The notes under the pieces were generated by a model. That model was not told the DNA's origin. It did not search any database and saw only the letters and a program-made list of their open reading frames with translations. Shown piece by piece: positions 46,094 to 60,262 of a stretch of DNA of 64,000 nt. Numbering within the stretch: the first letter of the stretch is position 1; each line of letters opens with the position of its first letter. Source of the stretch: Squalus acanthias (Eukaryota); NCBI GenBank assembly GCA_030390025.1, contig CM059434.1, forward strand, positions 45,570,001 through 45,634,000, written 5' to 3'. The translations under genes were made by a program, and so were the position numbers.

Positions 46094-47890
46094 ATGGATA
46101 GCGATGATAAAGGAATATTATTGTGGAGAGCATAGGCAGAAAATTATGTCCAAAAGCGCACTACGGAAGGACCTTTTGAGGAGGGTGACACTAATGACCC
46201 TTATGGGGGACCTTTCAATGAAGTGTGAGAATCGAATATAAATGAAAAAAATAACAAAGCAAGAAAGGCCAATTGCATAATGGCAATGGTGCAAATAATA
46301 ATTAGTTTGAATGCGAAATTCACTAAACACTCAGGCTGTACAGGCAGAAGTAGAGAGATTGAAAAATGAATTGGGTGCTGTACATGCAGAATGGAGATTA
46401 GCCGCCAACCAACAATTGGAGATGCGCCAATTACGCATCCAGCTACAGCATTCTTCAGAAACAATAGCTGAGATACAGGGGAAACGGAAGGATACCAAAA
46501 TAGCTTATTGAGAACGATGGAACTTTTCGTAAGAAAACAACGATAGAGAGGTGGTAAGGCAATGGAGAGAGGAGAGACGGGGAAGAGCAGAGGACAAGAA
46601 AAAGATTAAAGAATTAAAAGTTAGAGTGGCAGCCTTATCTGTTGGCACTTATGAGGAGGAATCCAATCCTCCCAGCAGCGCCCCCACAGTTCAGAAGACC
46701 ACTGAAGGTGGAGGTTTCTGAGGCCGAGCAGGGAGGAAGGGATACTTCTACTATCAATAGTAATGCAGGGGGTGTCGCGGATTATACCCGGTCTAAAACA
46801 GGTGGTAGAACGGGGAGTACACAGCTCTGTTAAAATGGCCCCGTTAGTGAACAAACACCTGCGCACAAAAGGGGAGACAGATATGCGAACAGGTCAAACA
46901 GTATATGAATACGAAAATAACGTAAGTCAGGATCTGACTCTTTTAGAATCATGCCAACTCAGTGACCAATTGCCCAAATATGAGGGAATAGGAGACCCAA
47001 CTCGGTTATTAAATAAAGTACGATTGCTCCAGCGGGTGTACGCCTTGACAGACAAGGATGCTTGTCGACTGCTGCAGGCTGTCTTGCCTCCAGGCGTGAC
47101 ATTGCCTGATGAGTTTGAACTGGGGAAGAGGGCCAATTCTCAGACCATGAAGAGCGTAAGACCATAGTGTGTGAGGCGGTGGGATATAGGGTAGTGGCGG
47201 ATATGGGAAAGATTATGGACCATAATCCCAGGGATGAGCACCCAATCCAGTATTTGAGGGACTTTGTGGAAGTGTATAATCAGAACTGTGGACCCCGTGG
47301 TGCTCGAGTAGAATTGTCCGAGGATGATCCCACTTTTTGGAGTTTAGTGATTAATAAATACAAGACCCGAGTAAGTCCTGCTTGTGAGCATATACTTCAT
47401 CAATACGCCACGGAACTGAGGGCGATGAAACCACGAGAAGGGATAGGGAGGGATATTCAGACACCCCTTCAAGCCTGACATGAATCCTGACTCGAGCATA
47501 AAACTCTGACAATCCCAAAAACTGAAAAAGCAGCGACAGTTGTGACTAATGAAGGGGCAAAAGGAGGGAAGCCTTGCTTTAACTGTGGGAGACAGGGACA
47601 CTTTGCCAAGGAGTGTCGTACACAAAACATCTGTGGTAACCGTGGCAAGTCAGGACACACTAAAGGACAGCGTTGGTCTAAGGGAGGAGGAGCCCACGGG
47701 CAGGGACCCTAACAGAAAGGAGGATAGAGAGTCTCAGTTTAACCACTTCCGGACGAACAGAATGTGTATGTAGAAGTAGTTTGGGCCTTACTGAAATTGT
47801 GGGAGAGAAAGAATCAGGGCAAGTCCACGAACCCAAATCCTTTTAAAAAGGATGAACAGGGGCAGGCCTCAGTAGCTGCTGTGAGTCAGC
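46094..47890 (+). pseudogene. gag: ERV gag (decayed): coiled-coil region and two CCHC zinc knuckles
   Basis: CFNCGRQGHFAKEC at 47575 and a second knuckle CGN(R)GKSGHTKGQ(R) with two TGT>CGT changes; multiple stops and frameshifts. Confidence 0.8.
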
Positions 47891-50800
47891 TTCGATATGA
47901 TGACGAGGGCAGACCTTGTGTCTCAGTCTTGGTAAGAGGCCGCCGAGACCATTTTCTAGTGGACATGGGGGCGTCCTGTTCCATCACTCACCATGAAGAT
48001 TTCCCCTCCAGCGGGCATTGCCTGCAGTTATTGGGAGCAGGAGGAAGAGGCATCTCGGCAGAGATGACCCTTCCCCTTCAATTACAAATTGGCAGTATTA
48101 AGTTTGAATTATCATTGTGTATGGCCTCCACACATGAAGGGTCAATTTTAGGGTCAGGCGGGATCGCTAAAGGGAAATTGATTATTGATGTTACAAACCA
48201 TATGATTTGACAGGGACCCGATCCACCCCATGACATGCATTTGCCAACCGTAGTGCATGATGTACACTCAGTGTATACAGTAAAAGGGATAAGGGTTTAT
48301 GATGTTCCCCATCTATTACAAACGTTCGATCAGTGTTTGGCTCACATAATTTGGAAACATCAGAAGGTATGGGCACAGCATGAACATGATTGTGGGAGGG
48401 TGATAAATATGGTGGTAGCCGTAGACGGTGAGGACCCTTCACCCCAGAAGCAGTATCCGTATCCAGAAGATGCGGAACAGGCAACTGGGGACGTCATTCA
48501 GTCCCTTTTAGGCCAGGGGATACTACGGGAATGTGTCTCCCGGAAAAATGCACCCGTATGATCTGTAACAAAGTCTGATGGCTCGTGGAGAACGACTATC
48601 GATTACTGTCAGCTAAATGCCGCCCTGTTAGCCAGTCACCCTGATGTGATGTCCAAGTTACGGGGCACTTGGACATTTCAAATGGATTCTGGAGCATTCC
48701 AGTGCATCCAGACAGTCAGTAGAAATTTGCATTTACCTTCAGGGGACAACAACATACTTGGGTAGGGTTACCCCAGGGATTCCACAAATCGCCTACTTTG
48801 TTTCACCAGTGTATGGCAGATGTATTACATTCATGTTCACGACCTGACGATGTGATTCAGTATGTTGATGATTTATTGTTGCAGTCAGAGCCAATGGGGA
48901 AGCATTACTTCCTCTTGGAGGAAGTCTTGAGCCTCTTAGAAGAGGCTGGATTTAAAATTAATCTGAAAAAAGCTGCACTTGCGCAGAAAACTAACTTTTT
49001 TGGGTGTTAAAATTGAACAGGGAGGAAAACCCCCAGATCCAGCCACATGACTGGTAGCGGAACTACCAAGACCACACACGTTTACAGCTTTGCGGTCGTT
49101 CCTGGGTTTTGTGGAATTTTGTAGGGAGTTTATTGAAGGATTCAGTGAGATGGCAGCCCCATTGTATCGCCATCTACAGGGCAACCCCGGTAAAGAATTG
49201 GGACTGGGAATCACATCAGGCATTCAAAAATCTTAAAAAGGCACGCACACAAGCTCCAGCCTTGCGGAGTCCAGATCCCTCTCAGCCCTTCATTATGGAA
49301 GTTGCAGTTTCAGAGCAACGTATACCTGCCGTGGTAATGCAAGAGGTGCACAGAAGGATATTTCTCACGTACACTCACCCCTGTGGAGAGATCGTACGAC
49401 CAATGTACTAAGCAGATTCTGGGGGTCCACTGGTTAGTCAAGCACACGGAATATTTGGTGTGATTTAATCAGTTAATCTTTCACACCCCTCATACCCCAG
49501 TGGTGTTATTAGTGAAGGGCCAGGTGAAAGGTGTGTCCCCAGCGCAGTGGGGAAGATGGATCTTGGATTTGAGCAGTAAAGATATTACGGTCCAACACTC
49601 CCACACCTACCAATTGGTTCAAATGTTGCAATATGAGGGAACACCCTATGCCTGTAAAGTGGAAGAGGTCGTATCTAGTGGACCTTTATTAAAACCATAC
49701 CACTGGTGGGCTCCGCTAGTGTTTACGTGGATGGTTCCAGGTTTTATGAACAGGGACAATACCATACAGGCGCCGCATGCTGGATTCCACAGGACTCTCA
49801 TTAAAGGTCCGCCCCAGCACTCTGCCCAAAAGGCCAAAGTTATTGCTGTAGTTACAGCTCTCCAGACAATTATGGGGAAGGTCACTAAATGCTCTTGATA
49901 GTTCATTTGTGTGCCATTCCCACACAGACTATTTGCCTATTTGGCAAAAACGTGGCTTCTGCACTGCAGAAGGGCAACCACTCGCCCATCATTCGGAACT
50001 CCAAATGATTTGGGATAGCGCCGGTGAGCGACATGGGCAAACTGCCATTTATAAAGTGAAAGCCCATCAGTGGGAGGGAATTAGCCAAGAAGGTGACCAT
50101 AATAATGTGGCTGATCAATTGGCCAGAGAAACAGCTATAAAAGAGATTCCACGGAAACCACCTACCTCACAACCACTGGCATCAGTGCGACAGACTCCGG
50201 TCATACCTGATTTGAAAAGCTGTCAGGATACTGACCCCGATGTGGTCATGGCTAAAGAGGCTATACGCCATGGGAAGGATCTTCCTCTGCCCTTCGCACT
50301 CAGTAAGAACTCGCTTGTCCTACATGAAGAGGTTTTGTACCATGAGGATGGCCCCAAATTGACATGGGTCACCCCTCTCTGTCTTAGAAAAGAGTTGATT
50401 CTGTATATGCATCAAATGCCTCTGTTTCTCGGGTTATGGATATGTTACACAGTTGTTACTGGTGGCCAATGATGCGCCAGGATGTTCAACATCACCGAGC
50501 TTTGTGTCTCATTTGTGCCCAAATGAATCCGGCCCCAACTAAAGAAAAGGTCCCGATGGGTACCTCTCACCCGAATAATGATCCATGGGAAACATTGCAG
50601 ATTGACTCTACAGGCCCATTACCCACAGCAAAAGGAGGGTATTGGTTTATCTTAGTGGTTATACATATGTTTACCCGGTGGATCGAAGCCTTTCCAGCCC
50701 GTAAAAATGATGCGGTTACCATGGCAAAGATTTTGTGGGAGCAAATTCTTACCAGATGGGGTTTTCCAAAAAGGATAGAAAGTGATAATGGATCACATTT

Positions 50801-51438
50801 TAGGGCAGAAGTGATGCAACATCTGTGCCGCCTCATCAGTGTGGAGCAATATTTCCACATCCCCTACCACCCACAGTCTATGGGATGGTGGAACGCTTGG
50901 ATCGCACTCTGAAAGCAGGGCTGAAAAAAGCTGTCATGCAGGGAAGTGATGATCTGGTTAAGACCAGTACTGATTGGGTTCTGGCTTTGCCTGGTATTCT
51001 GATGGCCACACCAGTGAGCTCTACCGGCTGATTTGAGCTGATGACAGGCCGACAGATGCAAATTGCACATCCAAATGAGGTTCCACTCCCCATTGCTACT
51101 CGCCAGATCCATAACCAGTTCCTCCAGAACCTCCAACAATCTTTACAGTCCACTCTGCTCCATGTAGTGGAGAAGATGGGTGCTACCCATTTTAACACCA
51201 CCTGGAACGACCACCCCACCTATTGCATTAACTACTTGATTGCGAGCAAGTCATGCTAAAAACTTTTTTAAAAGGGGGGGCCTGGGAGGCTAATTGGGAA
51301 GGTCTGTATGAAATCATGGACAAATTGGGAGAAACAAACCTTAAATTGGCCATCCAGAAACGAGGGAAGAAACCACAATATGTCTGGTATCATGGAGATC
51401 AGTGTAAACTGTACAAGAAAAGGAGGTCAGATAACTAG
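47890..51438 (+). pseudogene. pol: ERV pro-pol (decayed): protease, RT, tether, RNase H, integrase
   Basis: FLVDMGAS; LPQGF; QYVDDLL; LRSFLG; VYVDGS/SAQ/KVKAH/NNVADQLA; CLIC, LQIDSTGPLP, ESDNGSHF, PYHPQS..GMVER. Confidence 0.92.
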
Positions 51439-51483
51439 ATGGAGAATAAATGCTGCATTTGATTTTATTTTAACTGGAACAGG

Positions 51484-53563
51484 ATGTGGAGAGTCATTGT
51501 ACTACTGCTGACCTCTACCAGTGTGAAACAACAGCTGGAAAGAAGATGGAACTGTGTAACAAGCCCGGTCGGCCCGAACAGATCCAGTGATGAACGCACC
51601 TGGAGGGTGCAAATACCAGAAGGGGATGGGTTACAAATACGATGTGATTGTATGGGAAATAATACTTTCAGTGTAACTAAGATCACTTTTAAGTGGATCA
51701 AAATTCAAGGACCTATCAGCAGCAAAATTGGGGACTTGGGGATCCCGTATAAAGGAGCCTTAATAATTAATGCTAATTAAAGTGAGTTGAAACAAAAATT
51801 GAAGTGGCCAAGAATTTGGAAACATAGCTTTCCCAAAGATGCGATAGGAGTGGGATGCTCCGTGATGAACAGTACTAGCCGTTTAACTGCAGTATCTGGA
51901 AACTTTGTTTATATTAATGCAACAGATGTTGAGGAAAAGCTTGAGCATGTGTTCAACTCAAGCCTACAAGATTATACCTGCCCACCTCAGTGACCAAACC
52001 CAAATAGAAACAGACTCGAAGTAATCAAATCCGGGACTGTATGATGTAATGTTGCCCGTTTTGAGATTGTACCAGTGTTATTGAATATGAAATTGGACAT
52101 ATCCAAAAGGCTTTTCATTGTAATTATAAAGATATATTGCACAGAATGTTCCAAGCCTTAGTGGAAAAGGTGGGAGAAAAGCATAAGGGATGAGAAGAAG
52201 AATCAGATTGGTGGGAAGATAGGCATAAGGAGGCTAAGAAACGAAAGAAGAGGGGGCTAATGGAATGGCTGGGCATAGGAGCAACAACAGGTTTGTCTGG
52301 AATGAACCGAGCCGATATACAGGGAATGTGGGAACATGATGAGGTGACGAGGAAGCAATTGAAAGACATTTTATCCAAAATGAACCAAGAAGTGGGAGAT
52401 GATTTAATGGAACAACAAAACACCTTATTATCTACTGAGGAGTTAGTGAGAGAATTGGGCAAAGTACAGAAGAGAATTAATCAGTTAATAGATAATAATA
52501 ATGAGGCCAATGAAAAACAGGAGACAATGAGAGGTATTATGTGTAGCCTGTATGCGGCTTTTGTGATGAACATAATCCAGAAAGGAATGGATCAAATAAA
52601 GGGACGTGAGGTGCCTCTGTTTATTCATGAGAAACAAATGAGAAGGTAGTTTAACAACTCGAAGAATTCAGAGAATAAATAGGACTATGATTTGATGCAG
52701 AAAATGGGAATTGCGTTTCTGGCCCCTAGGGAAGGGGAAAGAAATGAAGATATTATACCAGTGGTCTGGGTCTTGGCTTTGTTAAGGAAAAATGGAAATG
52801 AAATGAAATCTTGGAAGGTGTATAGTGTAAAATCGATTGGAATGGTGGAAGACTATGAGTTAGGCCCGATCCATAAACAGTCTGAGGAATATCCAAGATA
52901 TCTGATTAAGAAGGGAGGAACTTGGATAGCACCAGATATGCAGTATTGTACTCTGAAAGGGACAACATGGGTTTGTAGATGTGACGTAGTCCATCAACAG
53001 ACTGTTCCAGCTTGTGGGTTCACTCTCGACAAAGAATCACCAAAATGCCAGATTGGAATAAGTAAATGGGGTGAAGACCAAACTAGTACCGTGTATAAAG
53101 GAAAAGGACAGTATTGTGTGACTACCATGGCCACTCATATGACTGTGGGTTCAACCCGATGTCCCATACTAGAACGCCAGTTTTACTTGACTCCAACAAG
53201 AAACACTTGTATCGGTGCTAAAACGTTGGTACCGGTAGATCATCATAACACCACTTATCTGCAGATGAGACTGCCTCTGGAGGATGAAGCCATTCGAGCC
53301 ATTCCGCAAATGGAACACTATATACCTCTCTTGTCTCTGGCTTTAAAGGCCATAATTGAGCGACCGAGGACATCCCAGAAACACATAGTGCAAATGATAC
53401 AGTCAAATAGAGAGACAGAACAGACAATCACGAGGCTTGGGAATCATGAATGGTGGGAAGTAGTATCTAGTGTGCAACTACATCCTTAGGCTAGACTTTT
53501 CCAGATGGGATTGGTGATAGCACAGATAATAGCTTTAGGGATTCTGGTCATTGTGTTATGTTG
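51484..53563 (+). pseudogene. env: ERV env (decayed class I fusion glycoprotein)
   Basis: Signal-like MWRVIVLLLTSTS; furin site KKRKKR|GLMEWLGIGATTGLSGMN; heptad coiled coil; Cys-rich region; TM GLVIAQIIALGILVIVLCC. Confidence 0.85.
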
Positions 53564-53565
53564 TA

Positions 53566-53929
53566 CAGGAAACTCTCTTTTAACCGGCACCCAAATAAAC
53601 GGAAATCTCTCTTAACCGGCAAAATTCTTGAGTAGGTATCCGGGGTTTTCCTTCATCTCTCCTTTAAAAATAACTTTTTAAAAAACCCCGAGGCGTTTGC
53701 CTTGTATCGGAGTGTGTAGATTGGGAGGGGAATGTGCAGCCCGGGTAGGCAGCGGACACGACAGATGGTCAGCTGGCGGTCCCCGGGGAGACGGAGCTCC
53801 GAATGCAGGCGCATGTCAGTGTGTACGGGGCTCTCGTACGTTGGGAGATATAACTCTCCATTATCCGGACTTTTTGATTAACCGGCACCACGCCGGTCCT
53901 GTCGGTGCTGGTTAATAAAGAGTTTCCTG
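53566..53929. mobile_element. Tc1/mariner(pogo)-type MITE inserted at the end of the env TM
   Basis: ~26-bp TIRs CAGGAAACTCT..TTAACC(G/A)GCACC flanked by TA on both sides. Confidence 0.85.
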
Positions 53930-55724
53930 TATAAGGATGTCGATAAGGGACATAGGGGGAGAAATTCGGTTGGTTAGCCTCGGGAGGCGCTAGAAACATA
54001 GAAAAATAGGAGCAGGAGTAGGCCATTCGGCCCTTCGAGCCTGCTCCGCCATTCAATATGATAATGGCTGATGCTCTATCTCAATACCATATTCATGCTC
54101 TCTCCCCATACCCCTTGATGCCTTTTGTGTCTAGAAACCTATCTATCTCCTTCTTAAATATTTTCAGTGAATTGGCCTCCACAGCCTTCTGTGGTAGAGA
54201 ATTCCACAGGTTCACCACCCTCTGAGTGAAGACATTTCTCCTCATCTCAGTCCTAAATGTCCTACCCCTTATCCTGAGACTGTGACCCCTCGTTCTAGAC
54301 CCCCCCAGCCAGGGGAAACATCCTCCCTGCATCCAGTCTGTCTAGCCCTGTCAGAATTTTATACGTTTCAATGAGATCCCCTCTCATTATTCTAAACTTT
54401 AGTGAATACAGGCCTCGTTGACCCAAACTCTCTTCATACGACAGTCCTGCCATCCCAGGAATCAGTCTGGTGAACCTTTGCTGCACTCCCTCTATGGCAA
54501 GTATATCCTTTCTTAGGTAAGGAGACCAAAACTGCACACAATACTCCAGGTGTGGTCTCACCAAGGCCCTGTACAACTGTAGTAAGACATCCTTGCTCCT
54601 GTACTCAAATCCTCTTGCAATGAAGGCCAACATACCATTTGCCTTCCTAACTGCTTGCTGCACCTGCATGTTTGCTTTCAGTGACTGGTGTACAAGGACA
54701 CCCAGGTCCCTTTGTATATCAACATTTCTCAATCTATCACCAGTTAAATAATATTCTACCTTTCTGTTTTTCCTACCGAAGCGGATAACTTCACATTTAT
54801 CCACATTATACTGCATCTGCCATGTATTTGCCCACTCACTCAACTTGTCTAAATTGCCTTGAAACCTCTTTGCATCCTCCTCACAATTTACAATCCCACC
54901 TAGTTTTGTGTCATCAGCAAACTTGGAAATATTACATTTGGTTCCCTCATCCAAATCATTGATATATATTGTGAATATCTGGGACCCAAGCACTGATCCC
55001 TGCGGTACCCCACTAGTCACTGCCTGCCACCCCGAAAAAGACCCATTTATTCCTACTCTCTGTTTCCTGTCTGTTAACCAATTTTCAATCCATGCCAGTA
55101 TATTACCCCCAATCCCATGTGGTTGAATTTTGCACACTAACCTCTTATGTGGGACTTTACCAAAGGCCTTCTGAAAATCCAAATACAGCACATCCACTGG
55201 TTTTCCCTTGTCTATTCTACCAGTGACATCCTCAAAAAACTCCAGTAGGTTTGTCAAACACGATTTCCCTTTCATAAGTCCATGTTGACTTTGTCTAATC
55301 CCGTTGATATTTTCTAAGTGTCCTGTTATCACATCCTTTATAATAGACTCTAGCATTTTCCCTACTACTGATGTTAGGCTAACCGGTCTGTAGTTCCGTT
55401 TTCTCTCTCCCTCCTTTTTTAAATAGTGGGGTTACATTTGCCATGCTCCAATCTGCAGGGACTGTTGCATAATCTATAGAATTTTGGAAGATGACAACCA
55501 ATGCATCCACTATTTCCATGGCTATCTCTTTTAGTACTCTGGGATGCAGATTATCAGGCCCTGGGGATTTATCAGCTTTCAGTCCCATTAATTTCACCAG
55601 CACTATTTTTTTACTAATACTAATTTCCTTTAATTCTTCCTTCTCACTTGACCCTTGGTTCCCTCGCATTTCTGGGAAGTTATTTGTGTCGTCTTCCATG
55701 AAGACAGAACCAAAGTATTTGGTT

Positions 55725-58221
55725 ATAGAGTCATAGGGGGAGAAATTCAGTATCGCCCCATTTGGGGCGCAATTATCGGCCGGGCGCAAAGATTAGCGCC
55801 TGGCACTAATTATCGCCTCCGACTGCAAACTTGACTTTTATCGCCCCTGAAGGTGATTGGAGCGCTAAATCAGGCGCTACACATCTGTCTTAAGGCGCAC
55901 AGGCCGAGGAGCGAGGCGCTAACTCAGAGCGCTGGCGAAGCTCATGTGATGTCAGTCAGCAATGGAACACAGACACAATGGCGCCGGCCAGTTCTTAAAG
56001 GGGAGGGTTGATCTTGCTCTCCATCCACATCCTGCTCATTGCAGCTTTGAATCTCGGCCTGGAAAGACCTCTACATCAAATCTGCAGGAAAGAACAATGG
56101 AGATAACCAGGGAAAGAGCTCAGAGTGAAGCCCCCACAGTCTCTTCTAAATCGATACAAGGAAGGGCAAATCAAAATGAACCTGCAAAGTGCTGCTCAGT
56201 ACCCCAAACTCCTTCACACAGCATTGAATCTCTCCAGAAGTCTCTCTCTCTCTCTCTAAGAATCCGTGGTTCAAAAATGTCACCAACAAAAAAAGGCAGG
56301 AAGCGGTCGCCTTTAAATAGCGCTCCCCCAGTCCCTTCCTGACTGCAAAACGCTCCCCTCAACCTGTCGTTGCTAGCGGCAGGCGGTAAGGCAGGGGGCG
56401 CCACTCAATATCCGCTCCGGGGTGCTACCGGGGCGTTGCGCACTCGACTGACGTCACGATCTGCCGGCACAGTAGATCGTGGCGATAGTGTTTAGTGCCA
56501 CTGCAAAATGTCTAGTTAATTTTGCGAGCGGCGCAAACATTGCCGCGCCCGGGCGCTAGTTGCTTTGCGCCCCATTAGCGCCCTCTTAAGGCGCTAACAG
56601 GAGGCGCAACCAACTGAATTTCCCCCCCATAGAGTCATAGAGTTATACAGCACGGAAAGAGGCCCTTCAGCCCATCGTGTCCGCGCCAGCCATCAAGCCC
56701 TGTCTATTTTAATCCCATTTTCCAGCATTTGGTCCGTAGCCTTGTATGCTATAGCGTTTCAAGTGCTCATCTAAATGCTTCTTGAATGTTGTGAGGGCTC
56801 CTGCCTCTACCACCCTTTCAGGCAGTGAGTTCCAGATTCCAACCACCCTCTGGGTGGAAAAGTTTTTCCTCAAATCCCCTCTAAACCTCCTGCCCCTTAC
56901 CTTGAAACTATGCCCCCTGGTTATTGACCCCTCGACTAAGGGGAAAAGTTCCTTTCTATCTACCCTATCTATGCCCCTCATAATTTTGTACACCTCAATC
57001 AGGTCCCCCCTCAGCCTTCTCTGCTCTAAGGAAAACAACCCCAGCCTGTCCAGTCTCTCTTCATAGCTGAAGCGCTGCAGCCCAGGTAACATCCTGGTGA
57101 ATCTCCTCTGCACCCTCTCCAATGCAATCACATCCCTCCTATAGTGTGGCGACCAGAACTGCACACAGTATTCCAGCTGTGGCCTAACTAGCGCTTTGTA
57201 CAGCTCCATCATAACCTCCCTGCTCTTATATTCTATGCCTCGGCTAATGAAGGCAAGTATCCCATATGCCTTTTTAACCACCTTATCTACCTGTCCTGCT
57301 GCCTTCAGGGATCTATATACATGCACACCAAGGTCCCTCTGATCCTCTGTCCTTCCTAGGGTCCTACCATTCATTGTGTAATCCCTTGCCTTGTTAGTCC
57401 TCCCAAAATGCATCACCTCACACTTTTCAGGGTTAAATTCCATTTGCCACTGTTCTGCCCATCTGACCAACCCGTCTATATCATCCTGTAGCCTGAGGCT
57501 TCCCTCCTTGCTATTTACCACCCCACCAATTTTCGTGTCATCTGCAAACTTACTGATCATACCTCCTACATTCATATCTAAATCATTAATATACACTACA
57601 AACAGCAAAGGACCCAGCACCGATCCCTGCGGTACACCACTAGACACAGGTTTCCAGTCACAAAAACAACCTTCGACCATCACCCTCTGCCTCCTGCCAC
57701 TAAGCCAATTTTGGATCCAATGTGCCAATGTGGATCCCATGGGCTTTTACCTTCTTGACCAGTCTCCCATGCGGGACTTTGTCAAAAGCCTTACTGAAGT
57801 CCATGTAGACCACATCAACTGCACTACCCTCATCCACACACCTAGTCACCCCCTCGAAAAATTCAATCAAATTGGTCAGACATGATCTCCCCCTGACAAA
57901 GCCATGCTGACTATCCTTGATTAATCCTTGCCTCTCCAAATGGAGACTAATTCTGTTCCTCAGAATTTTTTCCAATAATTTACCTACCACTGATGTTAGG
58001 CTCACTGGCCTGTAATTCCCTGGTTTATCCCTACTACCCTTCTTGAATAATGGTACTACGTTAGCTGTTCTCCAGTCCTCTGGCACCTCCCCTGTGGCCA
58101 GAGAGGTCCTGAAAATTTGTGTCAGAGCCCCTGCAATCTCCTCCCTTGCCTATCACAGCAGCCTGGGATACATCTCGTCTGGGCCTGGGGATTTATCCAC
58201 TTTTAAGCCTGCTAAAACCAC
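55725..58221 (-). mobile_element. Nested 5'-truncated CR1 (different subfamily)
   Basis: ORFs 57700-58086 and 56709-57740; (CTATGACT)n tail. Confidence 0.9.
55736..56628. mobile_element. MITE (GGGGGAGAAATT family) inserted in the nested CR1 tail
   Basis: GGGGGAGAAATTCAGT...ACTGAATTTCCCCCCC with ATA/ATA duplication. Confidence 0.85.
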
Positions 58222-60262
58222 TAATTGCTCTGCCATTTTCTTGTTCCCCATTATAAATTCTCCTGTTTCTGACTGTAAGGGACCTACATTGTCTTCACTA
58301 ATCTTTTTCTTTTTACATACTTGTAGAAGCTTTTACAGTCCATTTTTATGTTCCTTGCAAGTTTACTCTCGTACTCTATTTTCCCCTCTTAATCAATCTC
58401 TTGGTCCTTTTTTGCTGAACTCTAAACTGCTCCCAATCCTCAGGCTTGCTACTTTTTCTGGCAACTTTATATGACTCCTCTTTGGATCTAATAATGTCCT
58501 TAATTTCTTTTGTTCGCCACGGTTAGGCCGCTTTTCCTTTTGTGTTTTTGCGCCAGAAAGGAATGTATAACTGTTGTAATTCATGCATTCGTTCCTTAAG
58601 TGTTAGCCATTGCCTATCCACCGTCATGCCTTTTAATGAAGCTCCCAATCTATCATAGCCAACTCACTCTTCATACCATCGTAGTTTCCTTTGTTTAGAT
58701 TTAGGACCCTAGTTTCAGATTGGACTTCTTTACTTTTCATCTTAATGAAGAATTCTATCATGTTATGGCCACTCTTCCCTAAAGGACCCTGCACGACAAG
58801 ATTATTAATTAACCCCTTCTCATTGCACAATACCCAATCTAAGATAGCCTGTTCCCTAGTTGGCTCCTCAATGTACTGGTCTAAAAAACCATCTCGTACA
58901 CACTCCAGGAATTCATCCTCCACAGTATTATTGCTAATTTGGTTTGGCCAGTCTATATGTAGATTAAAATCTCCCATGATTACTGTAGTACCCTTGTTGC
59001 ATGCATCTCTAATTTCCTGTTTGATGCCGTCCCCTACATTACCACTACTGTTTGGAGGCCTATAGACAACTGCCACCAATGTTTTCTGCCCCTTGGTGCT
59101 TCTTAGCTCCACCCAGACTGATTCTACATCTTGATTTTCTGAGCCAATATCCTTTCTCACTATTGCTCTGATTTCATCTTTTACGAACAACGCCAACCCA
59201 CCTTTTCCTTTTTGCCTGTCCTTCCTAAATATCGAATATCCTTGGATATTCTGCTCCCAGTCTTGGTCACCCTGCAGCCATATCTCCGGAATGGCAATTA
59301 TATCGTATCCATTTACATCTATTTGTGCTGTTAATTCATCTACCTTATTACGAATGCTTCGTGCATTCAGATACAGTGCCTTTAGATTTGTCTTTTTAAC
59401 ATTTTTAGACATCTTAACATTTTTTTGTACTATGGCCCTATTTGTCTTATTACCATTTTTTTCTTACCCGGACCCTATTTATTAGTGCACTCTTTTGTTT
59501 GTACACTCTGTCCCTTCCTGACACAATCTGGTTATCCTTACCCCAATCACTTTCCTGCACTGCTTCCTTGTCTTTTCTCTTTAGCATTGTAAATTTCTTT
59601 CCACAAGGACCCTCCTCCCCCCCCCTTATTTAGTTTCAAGCCTTATCTATCTCCCTAGTTATTCGATTCGCTAGAACTCTGGTCCCAGCATGGTTCAGGT
59701 GTAGTCCGTCCCAACGGAACAGCTCTCTCTCTTTCCTCAGTACTGGTGCCAGTGCCCCACAAATTGAAACCCACTTCTCCCACACCAAACTTTGAGCCAC
59801 GCATTCATCTCCCTTATCCTATTGACTCTATGCCAATTTGCTCGTGGCTCAGGTAATAATCCAAAGATTATTACCTTTGTGGTTCTGCTTTTTAATTTAG
59901 TCCCTAACTGCTCAAACTCTCTCAGCAGGACCTCTTTCTTTGTCCTACCTATGTCATTGGTACCTACGTGGACCATGACAACTGGATCCACCCCTCCCAC
60001 TCCGAGTTCTTCTCCAGCCCGGAGGAGATGTCCTTTACCCTGGCACCGAGTAGGCAACACAGCCTTCGGGACTCACGCTCTTGGCTGCAGAGAACAGTGT
60101 CTATCCCCCTAACTATGCTGTCCCCTACCACTACCACATTTCTTTTTGCTCCTCCCTCTTGAATGGCTCCCTGTACCACGGTGCTGTGGTCAGTTTGCTC
60201 ATCCTCCCTGCAGTCCCTGCTCTCATCCACACAGAGTAAGAACCTTGTACCTATTGGACAAG

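Larger units (their letters stand above)
53991..60262 (-). mobile_element. Near full-length CR1 LINE (ORF1 esterase, ORF2 APE-RT), split by a nested insertion at 55725-58221
   Basis: ORF1 VVGDS/HVGTND; APE YLNARS...MGDFN; RT ORF 54295-55356; sequence resumes seamlessly across CCAAAGTATTTGGTT|AATTGCTCTGCC. Confidence 0.9.

Noticed and set aside
46094-47890. Link between the downstream gag and the Gag-derived tail of human B7-H6
   Set aside because: This gag is decayed, ~7 kb past the stop codon and part of a provirus; no evidence of splicing into it
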